This document shows positions 56,772 to 64,000 of a stretch of DNA of 64,000 nt, one piece after another. A program made the translations under genes and the position numbers. The first letter of the stretch is position 1, and each line of letters opens with the position of its first letter. Source of the stretch: Thecamonas trahens ATCC 50062 (Eukaryota > Protista > Apusomonadida); assembly GCF_000142905.1 (NCBI RefSeq), contig NW_013657658.1, positions 248,001 through 312,000 of the forward strand. The letters are read 5' to 3'. The notes beneath the pieces were generated by a model. The model saw nothing but the letters and a program-made list of their open reading frames with translations. It was not told the DNA's origin and did not search any database.

Positions 56772-59700
56772 CAAGCTCGGCTTCGGTCTCTGCCAAGAGC
56801 TGATGAAGGTAGGATGAGCGGTCTGTGCGCGATGGGAGTGCAAGCATGGGAGTTGTCGCTGGCGTGAGTGCTGGGAGCAGCGAGGACGCCGTCGCGGTGG
56901 CTGCGGCAGCGTCGCGCCTGTGGCGTGCTCGGGTCCGCCGCCCGCTGCGGACAATCGGCACCGGCGTCGACTGCGGCTCGCTGCGAGAGTAGCCCACCTC
57001 GTGGGCGGCCACCAGCGCAGTCTTGAACGCATCCGCAAAACCCGGCGACGCGTCTTCCGCGGCGTCATAGACCTGCAGCGTCCGCGGCGGTTCGACAAAG
57101 TACATCGAGATGTAGTCGCATGTGTCAAAGTCTTCCTCCGGCGCGTCCGAGATGCTCGAATGATCATCGTCGTCGTCGTCATCCCCGCCATCAGCCCCGT
57201 TGTGGATGGCGACCCGGCGCTGGGCACTCGCCCGCTGGCGATCACGGGCGGTGGAGGTGGCGACAAGGCCAAAGCCGTCGATGGCCGGAACCGGATCGAG
57301 TGCGTCGCCAGCCCGCTGCGTGGAGAACGAAAACGACGAGGCCATAACCGGGGTAGCCAATGAGGCGGTAAACGGCGAGCGGGCCGAGGAAGGCGTAGCC
57401 TGGGCGAGCGTCATGGACGCGAGATGGACTTGCGCCGCGGCGAGGAGCATGGTGTCGCGGGCGTGAAGTTGGGCGCGGGCAGCGAGAACCAAGTTGTCGG
57501 AGGCAACGGCATTTGCCCAGACGTCTTCGAGGGCAGCGAGGCTGTCGATGCCTGCCACGTCCGCGGCCCAAGCGTAGGTCTCCCAGTGGTCGCGGGGCGG
57601 CACTCGCTCGCGGGCTAGCGACGGTCCCGACGGGCTGTTCGCGGCGACGGCAAGGACGGCGAGCTTGCGCAGCAGAATGGGATCCGAGCCAAGCGCGGCG
57701 TCAGCGATGACCTCGCGGCGCCAGCGGAGGATCTTGATGACGTTTGCTGGGGCGGCGCCGGGCGTTGTGGCCGCCAGCGGAGCGGCGGCGATACGGGCGG
57801 CGAGCGCCGGAGGCTCGGGCGGCTCGCCGGCGAGGAGGCGGGTATAGATGGTGACAACGGCGTCGCGCGAGGTTGCTGTTCGAGTTAGCTCGTCGAGAAA
57901 CATGACGGCATCGGCGCCAAGCGGCGAGAGGGCATAGAAGCAGGCGACGGTGAGCGAGCGACGGCGCTCGAGCACGTGGGCAACCTTAAACTTATTGAAG
58001 AGGACGACGCGGCGGGCAGCAGCGGCCCAGGCGCGGAAGACCTTGATGAGGGTGAGGCGCGGCGCGAAACGCGGCCCGCCCAGCGCGTACACAGCAAACA
58101 GTAGGGTAGCGCGTGGGGCGGTGGGGGCGAGTATCAAGGCGCGGGCGGCGAGATGTCCGAGCCTGCGGTGGCGGAGCCATGCCTTGAGCCGCTTCCACGC
58201 CACGTGCTTGAGGAGGAGGGCATGACGATGGGTTAGGGCGTCTCCGGCGGTGCGGCGGCGCATCTCGACCTTGAGCTTGTGGAACCAGCGGCCGAGTTTC
58301 CAGCGGCGCGCGCGCGAGTCGAGGGTGTGGGCCCGCCAATACGGCCAGACGGCGGACCACAGATTGCGCGAGTTGAAGGCGACGGCTGTGGCGTGGCGGG
58401 TGCGCGCCTCCGAGGCCGCGGCCGTGTGCCTGTGCCAAGCGGAAAAGGCCCTGCGGAGATGGAGTGAGGACGCGGCAGTGAGGGCGTGCATGACTGCAGC
58501 CGACTGCTTGTGGTAGCGGTCGAGAAAGGCGTCCCACTCGGGGATAGGCTCGGCAAAGGTGGGGTGCGGAGCGCCAGCGCGCTCGGCGGCGCGCATGTGG
58601 GCGTAGCGGTACCACATGACAAAGGTAAGGCCGGCAAAGTTGACCGAGTATGCGTCGCGGAGGAGGACCATGGCGTGCTGGATGGCGGCAGCCCGGCGCT
58701 TACGCATCTGGACCCATTGGTACCAGTGCTGGATGACGTTGCGAGTGGTCCGGAGCTGGATCATGGCGCGAAAGGCGACAATGACCCTGTGGACCCGCGA
58801 GCCCGAGTCGATGGAGACGCCAGCAAGCTTGAACACCGGATTCGAGGCCTGCATGGCGAGAAAGACCTCGGTGCACTTGTACCGCTGCCGGTTGTAGACG
58901 ACTTGAAACTCGAGGGCGCGAAAGGCTTTGGACATCAGCCGCAACCGGTTTGCCCGCTCCGAGACAACAGCCTGGACCCAGGCCGAGAAGACCGGGCGGA
59001 GGAAGGCTGCAGTTGCGGCGACGCGATCGTTGATGGCGGTTACCAGTTGGAGACGGCGAACAGTGGCCCGCCACCACTGCTGGATCCGCCGCGCCGCCCG
59101 CGATGACTTGGCAGTTCGGCGATGAAGGTCGAGGAATGCATCGATGTCGACGTCGACCGGCGGTCCGCTCCGCGAGCCAGCCGCGAGCTGCAGCCGCGCA
59201 TCGCGGCCAGCCCTGAGGCCAAGCGCGGTGGCAGGTCGCCGGCGTGCGACAGCCGAGCTGGGCCGCGAGCCAGCACGGGCCGAGCCAAGCACCGACGCAA
59301 CTTTGCGAACTAGCGGTGCGGTCTGAGGCGGGAGTGGCAGCGTTTTGGCCGAGTCCGGTGAGTACGGCAGAAGATCGTGAGGCAGCAGCGGCGACGGCGG
59401 TGGGGTCAAAGGTGGCTTGGCTGCTGCAGACGGGCGATTGCGGCGGCGCAGCGGCGCAGCACTCATCGGCCTCCTTCGCCCAGCTTTTGACTTGCTTCCA
59501 GCAGTCATTCGAGGCCCGCGGGCGTTTCGCGAAGCAGATATGGCGCGAGCAGCGACCGCAGGCGATGCCGGCCGAGCAAGCTTTCGCCCACCACGAGAGC
59601 GAGAGCTGCCAGCCTCGGCCTCTGCAGCTTTGCCGACAGTGAGCCTCGGCGATACTGCCGACAGCAGTTGTGATGGACGGGCGCGATGAGAGCGGATGGG

Positions 59701-59841
59701 CAAGGAGGTCGGACGCGACGAAGACGGAGACAGAGAAGGAGACAGAGGCAGTGACGGCTGACCGAGCTCAGAGCCAATGGTCACGGTTGTCAGGCGAGAA
59801 GGAGTATGGCGGGGAGGGTACTCGGCGAGGACGGGCAGCAT
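56731..59841 (-). CDS. Protein with an IQ-like motif and Sfi1-like Trp-containing helical repeats (putative centrin/calmodulin binding); 5' end at gap
   Basis: AARRIQQWWR; repeated F/W..W units LRPVFSAW, NVIQHW, LTFVMW, LRRAFSAW, VWPYW, IKVFRAW. Confidence 0.6.
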   Translation of the reverse strand: MLPVLAEYPPRHTPSRLTTVTIGSELGQPSLPLSPSLSPSSSRPTSLPIRSHRARPSQLLSAVSPRLTVGKAAEAEAGSSRSRGGRKLARPASPAVAARAISASRNARGPRMTAGSKSKAGRRRPMSAAPLRRRNRPSAAAKPPLTPPPSPLLPHDLLPYSPDSAKTLPLPPQTAPLVRKVASVLGSARAGSRPSSAVARRRPATALGLRAGRDARLQLAAGSRSGPPVDVDIDAFLDLHRRTAKSSRAARRIQQWWRATVRRLQLVTAINDRVAATAAFLRPVFSAWVQAVVSERANRLRLMSKAFRALEFQVVYNRQRYKCTEVFLAMQASNPVFKLAGVSIDSGSRVHRVIVAFRAMIQLRTTRNVIQHWYQWVQMRKRRAAAIQHAMVLLRDAYSVNFAGLTFVMWYRYAHMRAAERAGAPHPTFAEPIPEWDAFLDRYHKQSAAVMHALTAASSLHLRRAFSAWHRHTAAASEARTRHATAVAFNSRNLWSAVWPYWRAHTLDSRARRWKLGRWFHKLKVEMRRRTAGDALTHRHALLLKHVAWKRLKAWLRHRRLGHLAARALILAPTAPRATLLFAVYALGGPRFAPRLTLIKVFRAWAAAARRVVLFNKFKVAHVLERRRSLTVACFYALSPLGADAVMFLDELTRTATSRDAVVTIYTRLLAGEPPEPPALAARIAAAPLAATTPGAAPANVIKILRWRREVIADAALGSDPILLRKLAVLAVAANSPSGPSLARERVPPRDHWETYAWAADVAGIDSLAALEDVWANAVASDNLVLAARAQLHARDTMLLAAAQVHLASMTLAQATPSSARSPFTASLATPVMASSFSFSTQRAGDALDPVPAIDGFGLVATSTARDRQRASAQRRVAIHNGADGGDDDDDDDHSSISDAPEEDFDTCDYISMYFVEPPRTLQVYDAAEDASPGFADAFKTALVAAHEVGYSRSEPQSTPVPIVRSGRRTRARHRRDAAAATATASSLLPALTPATTPMLALPSRTDRSSYLHQLLAETEAELATTTLAAQGSGGQ

Positions 59842-60031
59842 NNNNNNNNNNNNNNNNNNNNNNNNNNNNNNNNNNNNNNNNNNNNNNNNNNNNNNNNNNN
59901 NNNNNNNNNNNNNNNNNNNNNNNNNNNNNNNNNNNNNNNNNACGGGGTACGGGACGGGAGGGAGGGAGGGGAGGGAGGAGGAGAGAGAGAGAGAGAGAGA
60001 GAGAGAGGCTCGGTTTAGGCGAGGCAGAGGG

Positions 60032-61970
60032 CTAGTTGTTCTTGGGAACCTGATCGGCGAGAAAGGTGGCGTCGGCAATGAGGACGGCGGCGGCAGCAAG
60101 GCCGATGCCAACGTTGACAAAGATGAGGATGATGTAGAGGGTGAGCTTGCGGTCGGATTCGGGGGTGCGCGGATCGTTGGAGGCCTTGAAAAGGGTGTTG
60201 ACAAACGAGGTGCCGCCGAGGAGGCCGACGTAGAACATGGCCACAAACTGGATGTAGTACGGCATCCACTTGTAGATGTCGTCGGCGAGCCAGAAGCCAA
60301 GGTTGAGGCCCTGGAGGACGGTGAGGATCTCGATGCGCGAAATCTTGAAGAAGCGCAGCGAGGAGCGCGAGACAAAGACACCGAGCTGGTAGCAGGCGGC
60401 GAGGATGACAAACGACTTGCGCTCCCAGAACGAGGCCCGCGGCGAGATGTGGTGCGGCTCGGCGTCGGCGGCGCATCCGACCGAGATCCAGTACTCGAAA
60501 AAGTAGACGGCGCCCATGTTGAGGCCGAGCCAGGTGACGAGGCGGAGGCAGCGCAAGACCCGCTGGGCGCCGGTCTCGTTCGGAGGCCCGACCTCGACGC
60601 CCGGCTGGACCACGCTGGCGTCAATCGGCGAGATGAGCGCGGTCCGCTCCGAGACGGCGGACCCGGCCTCGAGCTTGGCATCGGTGTTGAGCGAGGCGGC
60701 GACGCTCACCGCGCCCAGCGCCTTCTTGGCCACACCGTCCGAGTCATCATCAGCGGTAGGCGGCTTGAGGACGATGAAAAAGGTGAAGACGTAGATGGCG
60801 ACAAGCGGGAGGAGGAGGAAAAAGGTGAGTGCCACCGAGAGCTCCAGATATGAGAACAGAATCATGGTGAACGAGCCGGCAATGCCGGCCAGGCCGGTGC
60901 CAGACGACCAGCCGCCAACCATGGTCGGCGAGTACCGCTTGAGCTCACCGACCATGACGCACTGGCCAAATGAGGTGCCGGTCCCGACAAGGACGACGGC
61001 AAAGAGCATAAAGTAAAAGTCAACGTCGGGGGAGAAGGCGATGGCGGTCAGGCCGGCCAGGAACAGAGCCGCCACCACCGTCATCCGCTTTGATGTCGAC
61101 GTCCGTTCCAGAAACGCCGCATTGATCACTGCGTGTGGCCACCTCGGATGTTGTAAGTACTGCCCTCCCCCCTTCTCCCTTCTCCCACCCCTCTCTCGCA
61201 ACTAAGACCTCCCCATCACTCGTCAACGTACTCTGAATGAGCGCACCCGTCGCCACATTGGCCCATAGGATGGCTCCGATAGCAGACTCTTTGTGAAACT
61301 GCTTGGCAAGGTCCTTCGACTTGGAGTTGACTGCCACGTAAGCTGCGATGGCATTGGGATGGGGGTGAGTAGATGTGGCGCAGCCGATGGTGGGCAGGAA
61401 ATAAAGGATGAAGCAGCCTCCTACGTGACTTGACCCATCTCAATCTCTCGATCCCCCCCCCCCCCCCTTTCTCGCTCTCCTGCTCATCACACTCTATCTT
61501 GCCGCCTTCTGTCGGCAGACTGCGATCTGCGATCTGCCATCAAGTTGCGGCCTGTAAAGATCTCATCAGCTGGTCAAGACCCATCCGACTCGTCGAACCG
61601 CCATCAGATCGTCGACCTTCTACCCCCCCCTCCCCTCCCCTCCCCTCCCCTCCCCTCCCCCCCCTCCCCTCCTCCTCCATTCTTGCTGGCCCGTACCAAA
61701 GTTGTTGATGGTGCCCATGATAAAGAACCCAATCCAATTCCGAGCATAATGAGCATCCTCCACCTGCACGCCCCCCATCCCCCATACATCCATAAGTATT
61801 GATATTATGCCTATGCCCCCCCCTCCCTCCCCCCCTGTCTCCCCCCCCGCCTCACCCTCTCGCGCCTCTCCCTCCCAACCAAGTCACGAGGCGCAGGTCA
61901 CCCACCCTCACATCCCCCCCCAGTCACCTACATGACGCATGGGAACACCCACGGCTCCGGCAGCACCCAT
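60032..61970 (-). CDS. CLN3: CLN3/battenin (Btn1) lysosomal transporter; exons approx. 61970-61932, 61763-61697, 61342-61232, 61128-60032 (first exon tentative)
   Basis: Spliced RNWIGFFIMGTINNFAYVAVNS; GGWSSGTGLAG, VYFFEY, YQLGVFVSRSS, YVGLLGGTSFVN. GT-AG introns with matching phases. Confidence 0.88.
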
Positions 61971-62371
61971 GCCTCCCATACTCGTCTTGTTCTTCTACCA
62001 CTCCCAAGGGGGGGTGTGGGGGGGGGGGGGGCAGGAGGTGGTCTGTGAGAGAGCTGCAGAGGTGCAAAGGCAAGAGGCTGGCTGGTGTGCCGGCCAAGAC
62101 GTCGCAGTTTGGGCGCGTTGCTGGAGGTGGCTACCATCATCATCATCATGCTCCACTTTGGTGAGACCTCATTCTCGAAGCTTGCATCGCCGGCAATCTT
62201 GTGTTGTCTTTTGTTGCCTTGATTGCCACTATTGTCCTCCGCCGGTGATATTGAGTCGATGACAGAGCTGTACATCAACTATCCCCCCGGCCGGGCTGGG
62301 GCCATCGGGGAGGGCTGTACGACTCTTCAGACAGCTGAAGAGCCAGCATCTGGATCCTGATCTCTTAAAAA

Positions 62372-64000
62372 CTAGTGATCATCGTAGCCATACTTCTGAC
62401 CATCACCGTAATAACCTTGGCTGTTGCTGTGCCCAGAGTCACGCCGAAAGTCGTAGTCAAACTCGCGTACGTCGTCGCTGTCAAAACCCGGCGGCGAGTG
62501 CAGGTCGGCCGGGGTGACCGCGGCGGGACGCGCGCTCCTGCCGTGGCCTCGCTGGCGGCCACCGGGCGAGCGTGCATCGGGATTCGAGAGTTTTGGCACT
62601 GGGCGGGCACGAAACATCCGGGCTTGGCGGGCCTCGGCTTCCTTGCGCTCCTTGCGGCTTGTCCGGCCCTTGACGCTTACATCTGCGGTGCGCCGCTTCT
62701 TGCGTGCCTTGCGCTGCACCTGCCAGCCCGGCTGGCGCGGCTCGGCTACCTCCTTGATCACCATGCGCCCTGCCCTTCGTGTCCCCCGCGCGGCGCTGCT
62801 TCCCGCGCCCGGGGGAGAACCGTCCGTGCGCGCGTGCCGCGACACTGCCGGCGACTTGCGCCGTGTTGACCGCCGCGGCTGGCTCGATGCCATCTTTGAC
62901 CGCTGTTCGCGGGTCATGGCGCCTGGAGCAACAGCCGAGACGGTTGACATTGCAGCAGCCACACCCTTGAGCAGCTCATGCGGCTGGGCCATGTCATCCG
63001 CCAGCGACACCGTCCGTCCCGATCGCCGTCTCGGCGGCACCCCCCCGTTGGCCCTCTTTGCCCGCTCCCGTCCCAGCACCCGCTCCCGCAGTTTGGCATA
63101 CTCCGACTTGGCAGGAGGGTGACCATATCCGTAGCCCTGACCATGGGCATAGCCATAGCCATCGCCATCGCCATCGCCATGGTATCCACGTCGTTGTTGA
63201 TGATGATGCTGGTGATGTTGATGTTGATGATGATGACCCACTCCATGATGACCACCTTGATCACCACCATATCCGTATCCGTTCGCCACATCATCGCCTT
63301 GCCCATGATATTCAACCCATACCCATACCCATGCCTGTCGCCGCCACCATCACCACCACCACCACCTCCTCCACCGCCACGCCGCCGCCCGCCACCGCCA
63401 CCGCCACCTCGTCCTCCTCTCCGTCGCTCATGGACCGGAGGAGCCATGACGGTAGCCTCGGCTCCAAAAGTCACGTTCTTTCCCATGCGTCACCGACAGG
63501 TCCACCTCCCCCTGGTCAAGCTCCACGCAAGACTAGACTACGCACAGAGTGTGGTGTGTCGCCCCTTTGCTCGCTTTCCCGTTCCCGTCGCTGTTGGCAT
63601 TCACCGCCGTCATTGCCTTTTGGGCGTTGGTTGTCATTGGCATTCGTTCCTTCCATTGGCGTTCATGGCTGCTGCCACTGAACAATGGCGGAAGCACGCA
63701 GCTGATGGATGAGCCACAACAACACACATCCATGTCATGTCACCCATCGCCTGGCGTTGATCCTTTACTGCTAAAAGTCGTAGATGAACCAGTCGAGGGA
63801 AGAGAGCTCGAGGAACTTCATGGCCACAAACGGGTGGAGGCCGCCCATCTCGTACTGGGCGCGTAGGATGCACTCGACCTGCGACTGACCCTTGTTGCGG
63901 AGCATGGCCATGATCTCCTTCTCGTCCTCGTGGAACTTGGCGTTCTTCCGTGCCCACCGCCGCCGCGCTCGTTCCAGCCGCATAAAGTGCGACTTGGTCT
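62372..64000 (-). CDS. 3' part of an unknown low-complexity basic protein (His/Gly-rich, FRARPVP motif); exon structure unresolved
   Basis: ORFs 63771..63983 and 62372..63289 have coding-like composition. Confidence 0.45.

Noticed and set aside
56731-60681. 1316-aa ORF linking the CLN3 region to the Sfi1-like gene
   Set aside because: It spans an N gap, and its upstream part is an off-frame reading of CLN3.

Overview
Gene-dense, GC-rich, intron-poor eukaryotic nuclear DNA with four N gaps. Gene content and style suggest a unicellular amorphean protist such as the apusomonad Thecamonas; this is inference and was not verified. About 24 protein genes are present. Recognisable ones: WNK kinase, cytosolic IleRS, Furry/TAO3, Mpv17/PMP22, Mdv1-like WD40, twinfilin, folliculin, c-Myb-type factor, CGI-121, NEDD1, a ubiquitin-like protein, Polo kinase, ClpP and CLN3. 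Less conventional ones: a beta-helix/Cys-rich receptor cyclase, a TIR protein, an LRR protein, a Cys-rich repeat membrane protein, a G8/CEMIP-like receptor with SH3, and an Sfi1-like protein. Most notable observations: (1) an identical AT-rich 16-mer containing a CHR element (TTTGAA), with E2F-like sites nearby, in the Polo kinase intron and 5' of the Myb gene, suggesting a DREAM/MuvB-type G2/M cis-module; (2) seven to eight frame breaks that all need exactly +1 nt, probably sequencing errors; (3) a degenerate piggyBac element; (4) a ~615-bp tandem duplication of a bidirectional promoter; (5) 5'-biased G/C-homopolymer introns, several lacking polypyrimidine tracts. No rRNA, tRNA or CRISPR array was recognised.
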